A stretch of DNA of 64,000 nt from Thermoanaerobaculia bacterium (GTDB lineage: Bacteria; Acidobacteriota; Thermoanaerobaculia; Multivoradales; Multivoraceae): contig OY761158.1 in assembly GCA_963664405.1 (NCBI GenBank), forward strand, positions 4,736,001 to 4,800,000, in the 5' to 3' direction. Below, piece by piece: positions 20,252-30,538 of the stretch; positions within the stretch are counted from its first letter, which is position 1; every line of letters starts with the position of its first letter. A model generated the notes under the pieces. It was not told where the DNA came from, ran no database searches, and saw only the letters and a list, made by a program, of their open reading frames with translations. The translations under genes were made by a program, and so were the position numbers.

Positions 20252-22256
20252 GGGTCGGCGCGGAAATAACTTCACATTATCGCCGGAGCGTGTGAGGCCG
20301 AGGCGCCACAGGGCGGTCGCTGCATTGGAGGTGGTGGTGAGCTGAGCCCAGGCTGTGGGGCAAGCTCTTCCTGCTCGGTTCGCGGTCTCGGCGAGAGGGT
20401 GTAGTTCCACTTTCCTAGGAAGTCGCTCCTGGCCACCGCGAGCTGCAGCATTTCCTTGTCCGATACCCTGACTCCTTTCTGGTATTGGCGTTGATCACGG
20501 CACGGCTCGACGCGCAGTCCGGTGGATGTCGTCGTGTTGCGGACGAGGTTGACGAGGATCTCGAAACTCTCGAGAGGAACTCCGGCCCAGTTCTTGCTGA
20601 TCTCGCTGAACATCCTGTGCTCGATGGGATTCCATTTACTGGTGCCAGTTGGATAGTGGGCGACGGTGATGATGAGGCCGCACTTGTCTACGAGCTTCTC
20701 CTGGAGGTACTTCTTCCAGGCTCGAAGCCGTGCGCCGTTGCTTGCGCCGCTGTCGGCAAGAATGAGGAGACGCTGAGACGCCGGATAGTGAGATCGACCG
20801 TATTTGAGCCACCAGGTCGCGATGCTGTTGACAGCGAACTCCGGCGTGTCCGACGACTGTCCGAGGACGAGAACGCCGAAGTTCCTCTGAAGATCGTAGA
20901 TCCCATAGGGGGAGGCGATGGCGAGAGCTTCGGACCGGAAGTCGTGATCCTTGACCCGCTTGGCCTCGCGGCACCATGTCTGTCCCTGGTTCTTGAACCG
21001 ACCGATCAGCTCCTTCTTCTTCGTATCGACGCTGATGATCGGGTCGCCAGCGCTTGTGAAATCCTCGCGCAGTCGCTTGATGGCCTTGAACTGTGCATCA
21101 CGATCTGGGGAGTTCCCCGAAGACAGACATTTCCTATTGCTCTTGAGGGAATAGTTCAGGTCTGCGAGCAATCGACGCACCACCGTAGCCGATACGATGA
21201 TGTCAAGGCGTTCGGCAAGGCATTGGGCCACCTTTGCAGCGGTCTCGTGCGTCCATCTTTTTGATGACATGGGATCACCAGCTATATCGGCCTCGAGTAT
21301 GGAATGGATTCCATCGACTATCTCGGGCGTTTTTTTTCCACTCGTTGGTTGCCACCGCCTGCTCTTCGAACTCTTCCGCGCTCCACGGAGCCGCCGAAGA
21401 GCTCGCGACGTCCTTTTGCGACTGTATGAGGGTCCAGGTCCAGAAGATCGGCGATCTTCCGGTCGCCGCCATGCCCGAGCTTGGTCGCTTCCAGGCCAGC
21501 GAAGAGCCGCCGCTGGCGTTCGTCTAGCAGGCTGAAGAATAAAACGATGGCAGCCCTGAGCTCCTCGGGGAGCACTTCTGGAACGAGGCTGGCAGCTACA
21601 TCCTGGAGAGCCTGCCGTTCGTTGCGCATCAGCTTCTGCTGACGACGGCGCCCTGTTTCCGAGCACAAGTATACGAACCTCTTCCCAACTCTGGATCGTA
21701 CGATTCTCTTGCGACGAACGAGGTGCAACATCGCGTGCTTGACCTCGACCTGCAGCAGGAGCTCGAGTTCAGAAGCCGTATAGCCGGCAGCGGACCGGTC
21801 CACGGCAGCCACCGCAGTTTCGAGGAGGCTGCCATGCCGACTGAACCTCGCCGAACCGCACGACCACAAACCCAGATCGTCGAAATCGGGAATCTCGTTC
21901 AAGGTATAGAACCGCCCTCGATCCGAGTAGCTGGCCAAATAGCCCAATCGAGACAGCGAACGGTAGACCGTCATGGTGGCTCGGGTTCCCATGGCGTCCT
22001 TGAGCTCATCCATGGTGGCCATCTGTTCGCTCATCAAGAGCTCGCGCACTGTTGCATCACGATCTTCGGCTCGTACCATTTGGTATAGTTCCCCTTCCAA
22101 AAGAGGTGACAGGGGAAACTATACCAAATGCGGGCAGGGCTATGCTAGCTCTAAACCTTGCAAACAAGGCGCGTACCGGAGGATTATGCGGTGGCTGAAG
22201 AAGGGGGCAGTGGTATGGTCACCCCAGATACTGGAAACTTATTTCCGCGCCGACCC
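20252..22256 (-). mobile_element. ISAzo13-family insertion sequence, copy 1 (2005 bp)
   Basis: Terminal IRs GGGTCGGCGCGGAAATAA; TTA on both sides; inverted near-identical copy at 33578-35582. Confidence 0.93.
20272..22079 (-). CDS. tnp: ISAzo13 transposase, orfA/orfB joined by -1 frameshift
   Basis: LDERQRRLFAG and GGGNQR in orfA; GDP, ISVDTKKKELIG, ADSGASN, TSKWNPIEHRMFS in orfB; A8 slippery run. Confidence 0.88.
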
Positions 22257-23431
22257 TTAGGAGGCCGGCGATCCCGCTCGCTGTGTGGCTCGCGGCGTGT
22301 GCCGTGTCGGTCGTGGCAGCCGGGGGCTGGGAGCGCTGGTGGGGCGAAGCGTACAGCCTGGCGAAGGGCATGATCATCTGCCTAGTCGTCGTCGCCCTGA
22401 TCTGGACCCGCGAGTCTCTTCGGCGAACGCAGATCACGCTCCTCGTCGTCGGCGCCATCATGGGAGGTTTCACGGTGCACCAGTTCACCACCGAGTCGTG
22501 GCAGCTCTCCTACTTCGGTCTCGGAAACTTCCGGCTCCAGGGCATGGCAGGCACCGTGGAGCGCCACCGGGCTAGCGGGCCGATCGGCGACCCCAACTTC
22601 TACGCGCAATTCCTACTCGTTCTCATCGCTCTGGCCATCGAGCGCGTTTGGAACGAGCGCTCGCGAGCCGTGAGCGTGCTCGCTGCCACGGCTCTCTTCG
22701 GCCTGACGGCCGCCCTCGCCTTCACCTACTCGAGGGGCGGCTACCTCGCATTCGCCTTTCTTATTCTCCTAAGCGCCCTCATCGCGACTGTCTGGAAGCC
22801 ACCCCTGCGCCGCGTTCTTCTCTCGGTCGCTCTGGTGGCAGCCGCGCTGCCCCTCGGCGGCGATACCGCCTTACACCGCTTGTCGACGATCGGACACCTG
22901 CTACAGCCTCAGAAGGGTTCGACACCGGCGGATCCCGAGAGCGATTCGCGCACCGAGGCCGAGCAACGGTTCGGCCGCATCCTGGACGACTACGGCTTCC
23001 CTGGTCGCGTCAGCGAGAATCTGTCTGCCCTGATGATGTTCGCCGACCACCCGATCGTAGGCGTGGGCTCCGGCGGCTTCGGGCTTCACTATGCCGAGTA
23101 CGCCGATCGCATCGGGATCGACCAGCGTCCCATGCGAGCAGCCCACAATCTCTATCTCGAGGTGGCGGCCGAGACCGGCTGCGTCGGCATCGCCGCGTTT
23201 ATCTTCCTCCTCGCCAGCCTCTTCGTCGGTGTGGCAAAGACCTACCGGCACCTGGTGGCCGCGGGCGAAGTCGACCTCGGGCGCTCGGTCGCCGGTCTCG
23301 GCATGGCTCTAGTTGCTTACCTTCTGGCCGCCTCCACCCTGCACCTCGGCTATCACACCATCTTCTGGCTGCTGGTGGGGATCATATTCGGGGCCGCCAA
23401 CCTGTCGCCAACTGCGGACAGCAGCGAGTGA
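22257..23431 (+). pseudogene. O-antigen ligase/Wzy-like protein, 3' part (IS-interrupted)
   Basis: RASGPIGDPNFYA, TYSRGG, HPIVGVG, AHNLYLEVAAETG; 5' part at 35583-35793 joins in frame. Confidence 0.85.
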
Positions 23432-24612
23432 GCGCCTCGCTCTTCTGGGTGTCGACCGGTCTCATTCTCTACGTGTGGGCGGGCTACCCGCTCCTCGTCG
23501 CCCTCCTGGCGCGCCTCCGAGCCCCGGCGACACCACCCGAGGCGATTGATGTTCCCGCTGTCACCCTGATCGTCTCCGCTTACGAAGAAGAGGCCGCGAT
23601 CGAGAGCAAGCTTGCAAACTGCTTGGATCTCGATTATCCCGCCGATCGACTGCAGATCCTGGTCGCCACCGAGCCTTCCGGCGACCGGACGGTCGACATC
23701 GTACTCTCCTGGGCCGCCCACGGTATCGAGGCGAACGTCGGTAAGGAGCGTCGAGGCAAGGCAGTCGCACTCAACAGCGCAATCGAGCAGGCGAGGGGAG
23801 AGGTGGTGGCTTTTACAGATGCGAACAATCTGTGGGAGAAAGAGGCGCTGAAGCGTCTCGTGGCGCCGCTTCACGATCGTGCGGTGGGTGGTGTGGTCGG
23901 CTCAAAAAGGATCTTGGCAGAAGACGGGCAGATCGCGAACGGGTCCGATCTGTACTGGAGGTACGAATCGTTCATACGCCGCCATGAGTCGCGCCTCTCC
24001 TCCTGCATAGGCGCTGTCGGCGAGATCTTCGCTCTGCGACGAGAGCTCTACCAGCAGATTCCCGCAGGGACCGTCAGCGACGACCTTTTCCTGGCTCTCG
24101 GGCTCCTCTCCGGTGGCTACCGAGTCGCCTACGTCGAAGAGGCGAGATCCTGGGAGTCGGCCTCGCGCTCGGCCGCCGATGAGGCTGAGAGACGGTCGCG
24201 GATCGTGGCGGGACGGCTCCAACAGCTCGGGGCGCTCGGTGCTCTTCTGCGAGAGGGCCGTGTTGTCGAGGCGTGGCAGCTGCTCTCCCACAAGATTCTG
24301 CGACTGTTCGTACCGATAGCGATGGCGACGGCCCTGGTCTCCAATGTGGCGGCCGTCCTCGGGCCGCCGACTACGGCCGCAGAGCCCTCGCTTCTCGCAC
24401 TCTCGCCACCGTACGGGGCCGTCCTCCTAGGTCTCCAAGCACTCTTCTATGCCGGCGCGCTGATCGGGTTGCGGCTGCCAACTCTTTCGGGCCCCGGTCG
24501 CATCTTGGGCCTGGCCACCTTCTTGCTCGCGGCAAACCTGGCAACCGCGAAGGGCCTCGCGCTCGGCCTGCGAGGTAAGCAAGCGCCGCGGTGGAAGAAG
24601 GCACAGCGTTGA
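23428..24612 (+). CDS. GT2 glycosyltransferase
   Basis: AYEEE, GKAVALN, FTDAN, YWRYE, SDD, RRSRIVAG; GTGA overlap. Confidence 0.9.
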   Translation: MSASLFWVSTGLILYVWAGYPLLVALLARLRAPATPPEAIDVPAVTLIVSAYEEEAAIESKLANCLDLDYPADRLQILVATEPSGDRTVDIVLSWAAHGIEANVGKERRGKAVALNSAIEQARGEVVAFTDANNLWEKEALKRLVAPLHDRAVGGVVGSKRILAEDGQIANGSDLYWRYESFIRRHESRLSSCIGAVGEIFALRRELYQQIPAGTVSDDLFLALGLLSGGYRVAYVEEARSWESASRSAADEAERRSRIVAGRLQQLGALGALLREGRVVEAWQLLSHKILRLFVPIAMATALVSNVAAVLGPPTTAAEPSLLALSPPYGAVLLGLQALFYAGALIGLRLPTLSGPGRILGLATFLLAANLATAKGLALGLRGKQAPRWKKAQR

Positions 24613-26099
24613 GCGCCCAAGGGCCGCCCGAAAGGAGCCTAGAGCGATCCGCGGCTCGCGCCGCGATGTGGTCTTCCCTAGCCTTGGCCGGGGTCAAGGT
24701 GATCAGAGTCGCCACTGTCATCGTGCTTGCCCGCCTTCTCAGCAAAGAGGACTTCGGCATCGCGACTTATGCCCTCGCCATCTGCGCGTTGCTCGAGATC
24801 GCGGAAGGCCTTGGAGTGGGCTCCGCCATGGTCTTCTTTCCGACCGACCACAGGCGATCAAGCACTGCCTTCTGGATTTTCTTCTCCACTGGCCTTCTGC
24901 TTGCTGTTGTCTGCGGGCTTGGAGCGCCACTGGCGGGCGTGCTCTATCGCGATCAGCGCGCTGTTCCCGTCACCATGGCTTTCGTCTTCTACTTTCCGGT
25001 AATGGGTGCAAGCCTCCCGCTCGACGCGCTGTTGCGCAAAGAGCTCGCCTTTGGGAAGCGGATGGTGCCGGCGATGAGTCGCGCCCTAGTCAAGGCCATC
25101 TCGTCGATCGCAATGGCGGTTGCCGGCCTGTCGTACTGGAGCCTGGTCTTCAGCCAGATCCTCGGCGCCTTCGCCTTCTCCATAGGAGTATGGTCGGTGG
25201 TGCGGTGGCGTCCGAGCTGGGTCTTCGACCTCGCCGAGGCAAAGTCTCTGCTCCGATACGCGCGCAGCCTGGTGGCGGTCAGAGCGATCGGTTCGATAAC
25301 ACACCAGCTGCCTCAGGTGTTGCTCGGACGCATCCTCGGGGCCTCCGCACTAGGGCTCTTCTCGGTTACTCTTCGTCTCGCCGACTCGCTCATCACCGAG
25401 CTGATGCCCGCGCTGTCGCAGGTTCTCTTTCCCGCCTACGCCCAGATGCAAGGGGACCTGGGGCGCCTTCGCCGATCGACGGTGTTCACTCTGCGCTTCG
25501 TCAGCGCCTTGACCGTCCCGGCTGGCGTCGGCATGGTCCTGGTGGCGGAGCCGTTAGTGCTGGCGACGCTCGGTTCCGAGTGGAGTGCAACGATACCCCT
25601 CTTGCGCTGGGGCGCCGTAGCCGCGCTCCTTCGCACCATCACCTGGCACTTCGGCGATGTTCTCAAGGCAATCGGGAGGCCGGAGATCCTATTGTGGTTG
25701 GGTCTGGCCAACGGTGCTCTCCTGCTACCCGCGCTGGCCGCCGTCACGCTGGTTATGAGAAGTGTGGCGGCAGTTATGATCTTGTTCACCGCCTTCGCAG
25801 CTCTGCGACTGATCGCCAACCTTGCAGTGGCGAGAGCTCTGTTCGGCGTGCCCTTGATCGGGGTGGCGAAGGCCCTGCTCCCGACTCTGGTCGCCACTCT
25901 GTTCATGGCGCTTGTCGTGCAACTGACGGCGATCCCAGTCGCCGACTCGAGCTCCGCTCTCCAGCTCGTCTCCCTGGCACTGGTGGGAGCGGCCTCCTAC
26001 GTCGTCGCAATCCGCTTCTTGGACCGGGATCTGACGCTCGAGGCGCGCCGAGTCCTTCGACTCGCCGTCAGCCGGAGTGACGACACGGCGCAGACCTAG
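24609..26099 (+). CDS. wzx: Polysaccharide flippase (WzxC-like)
   Basis: VLARLLSKEDFG, RWRPSWVF, VLFPAYA; multiple TM segments. Confidence 0.88.
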   Translation: MSAQGPPERSLERSAARAAMWSSLALAGVKVIRVATVIVLARLLSKEDFGIATYALAICALLEIAEGLGVGSAMVFFPTDHRRSSTAFWIFFSTGLLLAVVCGLGAPLAGVLYRDQRAVPVTMAFVFYFPVMGASLPLDALLRKELAFGKRMVPAMSRALVKAISSIAMAVAGLSYWSLVFSQILGAFAFSIGVWSVVRWRPSWVFDLAEAKSLLRYARSLVAVRAIGSITHQLPQVLLGRILGASALGLFSVTLRLADSLITELMPALSQVLFPAYAQMQGDLGRLRRSTVFTLRFVSALTVPAGVGMVLVAEPLVLATLGSEWSATIPLLRWGAVAALLRTITWHFGDVLKAIGRPEILLWLGLANGALLLPALAAVTLVMRSVAAVMILFTAFAALRLIANLAVARALFGVPLIGVAKALLPTLVATLFMALVVQLTAIPVADSSSALQLVSLALVGAASYVVAIRFLDRDLTLEARRVLRLAVSRSDDTAQT

Positions 26100-26111
26100 G
26101 AACCTGAGCGG

Positions 26112-27302
26112 CTAGCCGCGTCTCAAACGGCGCTTGATAGGTCTAAGCAACAACCCCGCAGCGAAAGCGACTGTCGGGCCGGGATCGGTAGCGTCAAGGG
26201 TCGCCCAGACCCGACGGCCGCGCAGCGAGCGTAGGTGCTCGCCAAGCGATGTCCTGCCCGCAGCTCTGAGATCTCGAAAAGCACGCACCTCGAGCTCCTC
26301 AGAGATCCACTTCACCCCTTCCTCGAAGTCGAGCAGAGGGTTCGCCGCGGCGTCCCACGACCGACAATCACGCCAATAGCAGGTCTCGATGTGCTGGGCT
26401 GCGCACTCCTCGGCTAGCCGTGTCTGGGTCGTGCTGCGAGCGTTGACTTCGATGATCTTGGGGATGTGGTCGCGCGGATCGATTTTGACCTCTACCTCCG
26501 CCAGGCCGCGATGACCGAGCTCGAGCAGCACACCGAGCCCGAGGTCGATGGCGTCCTGGCGACGACGAGAGACGCAGAGCGAGCCCGACCCGCCAAGCAG
26601 CGGATAGCTTCTGAGCTTGTCGTACCCGGCCAGGGCCATCGGTCGGCCGGATCGGTCGATGACGGTGTAAAAGGCATAGAGATCGTTGCCGGGCACCCAT
26701 TCCTGAACCAAGTACCCGGCACCGAATCCGTCGAGTCGTGCCCGAGTCCTGCCGTATTCCTCCTCATCCTCGAAGACCAGCGTCTTGGACCCGAAGGAGC
26801 GCCCGAAATCGCGGCTGAAGAAGGGCTTGGCGATACCGCGATAGCCGATCTCGCCAGCGAAGGCGTCGAGCTCGCAGAGCGAGGGCGAGACCAGGGTGCG
26901 GGGGGCTGGTGTCCCCAGGCTCGTCAACGCCGAGTGAAAGCACGACTTGTCCACCAGAGTACGGACGGTATCGGCCGATCCGACATTGAAGACAAAGCGG
27001 CCTTCGAGTCGAGCACGCGCCTCGGCAAGGAGGAGCACGGATTCGTCACTTGTCGGCACCAGAACCGGCGCCACCGGGTAGCGGTCCGCGGAGGCGAGAA
27101 GGGTCTCGATCGTCGCCTCGTCGTCGCGTTCCCCGCCAGCCACCCGGAGCACCCGCGAGACATGCTTCGAGCGCTGGGCGAGGCTTCGCGGGTGGCGGCT
27201 GAGAAGATCGACGACGACCCCGCGGCGACCCAGCCCACGCACTACACCGATAGCGTTGGTGGAGAGATCGTCGAAGACGATTGCCCTGGGCTCGTCTTGC
27301 AT
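26112..27302 (-). CDS. ATP-grasp carboxylate-amine ligase (D-aspartate-ligase-like)
   Basis: VRGLGRRG, LVPTSD, DK, IAKP, VQEWVPG, EVEVKIDPRD, IEVNAR. Confidence 0.82.
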   Translation of the reverse strand: MQDEPRAIVFDDLSTNAIGVVRGLGRRGVVVDLLSRHPRSLAQRSKHVSRVLRVAGGERDDEATIETLLASADRYPVAPVLVPTSDESVLLLAEARARLEGRFVFNVGSADTVRTLVDKSCFHSALTSLGTPAPRTLVSPSLCELDAFAGEIGYRGIAKPFFSRDFGRSFGSKTLVFEDEEEYGRTRARLDGFGAGYLVQEWVPGNDLYAFYTVIDRSGRPMALAGYDKLRSYPLLGGSGSLCVSRRRQDAIDLGLGVLLELGHRGLAEVEVKIDPRDHIPKIIEVNARSTTQTRLAEECAAQHIETCYWRDCRSWDAAANPLLDFEEGVKWISEELEVRAFRDLRAAGRTSLGEHLRSLRGRRVWATLDATDPGPTVAFAAGLLLRPIKRRLRRG

Positions 27303-27471
27303 CTAGTGGACCGTAACACCCAAACGTTTAGCGCCTGAGCGGCCCTCGCGGCCGATCTCTGCGTTACGCTTCCTCGACATAGTCCCCGATATGCCTGCGT
27401 CAGCGCGCCTTGATCTCGACCACGAGTGACTCCCTCAGCCACTAAACGTTCGAGTGTTACGGTCCAACTAG
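27303..27471 (-). mobile_element. 169-bp MITE-like foldback element, subfamily A copy 2
   Basis: Reverse complement of 1784-1951 with about 5 differences; sits between a TAG stop and the next ATG. Confidence 0.9.
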
Positions 27472-28451
27472 TCGAGCCGGCCTGGCGGCCATAGCCCGGT
27501 CAAGCGGGCAGCGGTGTGACGATCCCAGCTCCAGTCCTGGGGGCGCGCGCGAACATGTGCTTGGAGCAGGCGCGCGAACTCGCCAACTGCCTCGACTACG
27601 AAGTCGCGCCGACTCTCGGCCGGCGGCGCGATCGCTTCGTGAACCACCAGCCGATATCGCTTCGGTCCCTCCCGCTCCGCGTGCATCGGTAACAAAGTCG
27701 ACCCCTGTCTGTGCGCGAGAGCCGGTGCACCGGTGGCGAAGCCGAGCCTGCGCCCGAAGAGCGGCACCGCGACGCTGCGCCGGCGGCTCATGCGTTCCCC
27801 GGCAATCCATACGCAGCGGTTGTTCTCCAGATGCTGAAAGAGAGCGCGCATGTAGCCGAGGGAGCCGTCCGGGGGAATCACCTCGCGGTCGAGGAGGTAG
27901 CGGACCTCCGCGCGCGCATAGAACGGACTCTGTAGATGAAGGCCGACCCAAGTCACCGGGAAGCTGGCGCCGTGGTCGGCGGCCGTCAGCTGGACCAGAG
28001 GATGACCGGCGCGCTGAAGCGCGACCTTGTCCACCAAGAGGCCACAGAACTCGGTGGCCCAGAGAACGACGCCCCTGCCGCGGGCGAGACCGGCTTCTAC
28101 ATGCTCGAGGCCCTCGACCGAGGTGCGCACGTCCCAGCCACTGCGATGGAGCGCGCGCCACAGCCCCCAGATCTCCTCGACTCGCCGGGTGTGGTAGCGC
28201 TCGGCGAGCTCGAGATAAGAGGTCCCGGGCTCCGGATCGCCTAGGACCTCTTCCATGCGCGCCGCTGTCCGGCGGATTGAGCGGGCGCGGCGCCTCGGCG
28301 ACAGAGCTGACCACCAGCCGGGGATAAGCGTGTCGGCTGAGCGCGGAGTGAGTGCGGTGGCCAGATAGCCACAGGCGAGAATCGCGAGCTTCCTGGCGTC
28401 GACCAGATTGCGGCGTAATTCGCCGCGGATCGAAGCGGATCGCCGAGTCAC
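27468..28451 (-). CDS. LpxL/LPLAT-like acyltransferase; start approximate
   Basis: VEGLEHVEAGLARGRGVVLW, VPLFG...FATGAPALA, RPQDWSW. Confidence 0.7.
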   Translation of the reverse strand: MTRRSASIRGELRRNLVDARKLAILACGYLATALTPRSADTLIPGWWSALSPRRRARSIRRTAARMEEVLGDPEPGTSYLELAERYHTRRVEEIWGLWRALHRSGWDVRTSVEGLEHVEAGLARGRGVVLWATEFCGLLVDKVALQRAGHPLVQLTAADHGASFPVTWVGLHLQSPFYARAEVRYLLDREVIPPDGSLGYMRALFQHLENNRCVWIAGERMSRRRSVAVPLFGRRLGFATGAPALAHRQGSTLLPMHAEREGPKRYRLVVHEAIAPPAESRRDFVVEAVGEFARLLQAHVRARPQDWSWDRHTAARLTGLWPPGRLD

Positions 28452-28484
28452 GGAAGAGAGAATACACTCACCACGAGCTCGACG

Positions 28485-29648
28485 ATGACAGCCACCACCC
28501 TCTACAGATGGGTCAAGCGCCGAGTCCGGCGCTCCCTGCTCTCGCCCCTCCTCCGTCCACTCACTGACACCGTCGCGCGCAGCCATCGCGGCCTCGGCAC
28601 GATTCTCATGTACCACCGGATCTCGGCCCCCGGGGACGAAGGCGCCGACTGGGGCAATCGCAGTCTGGCGGTCGATGAAAGCGACTTCGAGAGCCAGGTC
28701 GAATACCTGTCCAGACACTTTCGCTGTATGTCGCTGCCAGAGTGCGTAAGGCTCCTCGCAGCGAGCAAGCTCCCGGAGATGGTCGTGGTCCTGACCTTCG
28801 ATGACGGTTACCGCGACAACCTCGAAAGGGCGGTCCCGGTGCTGGAGAAGTACGACGTACCGGCAACCGTTTATGTTGCCACCGGGCTGGTGGAGGGCAG
28901 CGCCTCTCTCTGGTGGTGCGAGCTCGAAGACGCACTCAATCGGCTCGAAGAGCTAGAAATCGTCCTCGAAGGGCGCACGCACAGGTGGCCGTTGGCCACG
29001 ACTCGGCATCGACGGCGGGCGTTTCGTGAGATCGGCGAGTGGGGGAAAAGCGGCGATCCCGCGGCCTTCGGCGCCCTCATGCAGCGAATCCGCCAAGCCC
29101 TCGCCAGCGCCGATGCCGCTGTCGAGAGTAGCTCGCAGAACGTCCCAGAGCCGTCAGAGCTGATGTTGTCGTGGGACGAGCTCGACACATTGGCGGCGCA
29201 TCCTCTGGTGACGATCGGTGCCCACACCGTGACCCATCCACCGCTGGCGAGACTGTCGGCAGCGGAGGCAGAGCGGGAGCTGCGCGGCTCGAAGCAGGCC
29301 CTCGAAGAGCGGCTCGGGCAGAGCGTCGATCACTTCGCCTATCCCTACGGCGGTCCCGAGCACGTCGGTCGCCGCGAGCTCGAGCTCGCCGCCAGCGTAG
29401 GTTTCAAATCCGCGGTCACCACGGCCGAGAGCCACCTCTCCGCCGACCACGCACGGGAGCTGCACGCTCTGCCCCGCCTCATGGTTCAGTACGGGGACTC
29501 TCCTCGTGATCTCGATTGGCGTCTGAGCGGCCTGCAAGCGGCCCTCCATCGCCTCCCGCTCGCGCCGCGGCGAGTTGGCGCTCCGCCCAGCCCCTCAGCC
29601 AGTCCCAATCGGCGGGGTGACGACGAACCTCGCTCTCGAGGCGAGTAG
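28485..29648 (+). CDS. Polysaccharide deacetylase (CE4/NodB)
   Basis: ILMYHRI, LTFDDGYRDN, IGAHTVTHPPL, FAYPYG. Confidence 0.9.
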   Translation: MTATTLYRWVKRRVRRSLLSPLLRPLTDTVARSHRGLGTILMYHRISAPGDEGADWGNRSLAVDESDFESQVEYLSRHFRCMSLPECVRLLAASKLPEMVVVLTFDDGYRDNLERAVPVLEKYDVPATVYVATGLVEGSASLWWCELEDALNRLEELEIVLEGRTHRWPLATTRHRRRAFREIGEWGKSGDPAAFGALMQRIRQALASADAAVESSSQNVPEPSELMLSWDELDTLAAHPLVTIGAHTVTHPPLARLSAAEAERELRGSKQALEERLGQSVDHFAYPYGGPEHVGRRELELAASVGFKSAVTTAESHLSADHARELHALPRLMVQYGDSPRDLDWRLSGLQAALHRLPLAPRRVGAPPSPSASPNRRGDDEPRSRGE

Positions 29649-30511
29649 AGAAGTGATGGACCGCGCTCTCCACCCAGGCTCTCTTACCCGCGGAGCGCTC
29701 GCCGAAGAAAGCCTCCTCGATGAGGATCCGGTAATGCGCACGAGCGAGCCGTTCGACGTGAACCACCAAGAGCGGAGCGCCGGCAGAAAATGCCAGCGAC
29801 GGCGCGCCGGTCGGGTACAGCCGCTCGCGCCCGAAAAGGGTCGCGGCAACCGGGCGCCGGCCCGGTGCGTTCTCACCATAAATCCAGACGCATCGATTTT
29901 CCGTCAGCCGACGCTTCAGGACCCGCAGATACTCCATCGCTCCACCCTCCCCCATCACCACGCGCTCACCGACGTAGCGGCTCTCGGCCCGCACCCGCGC
30001 CGGCGCAATGTAGCGCCGGCCGACTCGGGTAGGGGGCATGGGCAGGTTGTGAGTGGGGCCGCTGAGATGAACCAGGTCGACGCCCGCGCGAGAGAGGCCG
30101 ACCTTGACAACGACAGTGCCGCACAAGGAGGTTCCCCACAAGACAACTCCCTTGCCCTGCGCCAAAGCGGCATCGAGATGCTCGCGGCCCGCAATTTCGA
30201 CTTCGGCATTCCAGCCGCGTCTACGAAGCGCCCGCCGTTCCCCCCCAACGCTCCTCGAGCTTCCGCCGTTGATGGACGCGAGCGAGCTCCGCGGCGCGGG
30301 TCGCATCGGTGCTGGGTCCGAGTAGCTGCCGCATCGTCTCGGCGACAAGCGCGCGTGTCTCTGGGCCATCGCCGAAGCCCAGGGCTGCCAGCCCGCCGAC
30401 CACCAAGCCATCTAGAGATCGGGGAAGGATCGCCGCCATGCAGCTTCCCGCGCCCGCGATCGCAAGCAGTTTCAGGTCATGAGCCGAGGCCCAGGGCTCT
30501 TGGTCGGGCAT
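29479..30511 (-). pseudogene. Second LpxL-like acyltransferase, frameshifted in a G7 tract
   Basis: ORFs 30221-30511 and 29479-30411 join as EERWG-ERRALR if one G at 30240-30246 is removed, matching the paralog EEIWGLWRALH. Confidence 0.75.
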
Positions 30512-30538
30512 GGGAGAGGGTGCGCTCCTCGATCCCGG

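Noticed and set aside
22165-22182. CAAGGCGCGT..GAGG in the ISAzo13 left end resembles the foldback-element core
   Set aside because: Only ~10 nt match, the rest of the core is absent and the IRs differ; cannot link this IS to the elements
24668-26080. Long alternative-frame and antisense ORFs (also 39216-40484, 53569-54588, 58176-59138, 63275-63979)
   Set aside because: Shadow ORFs expected in high-GC coding DNA; no motifs, and they overlap well-supported genes
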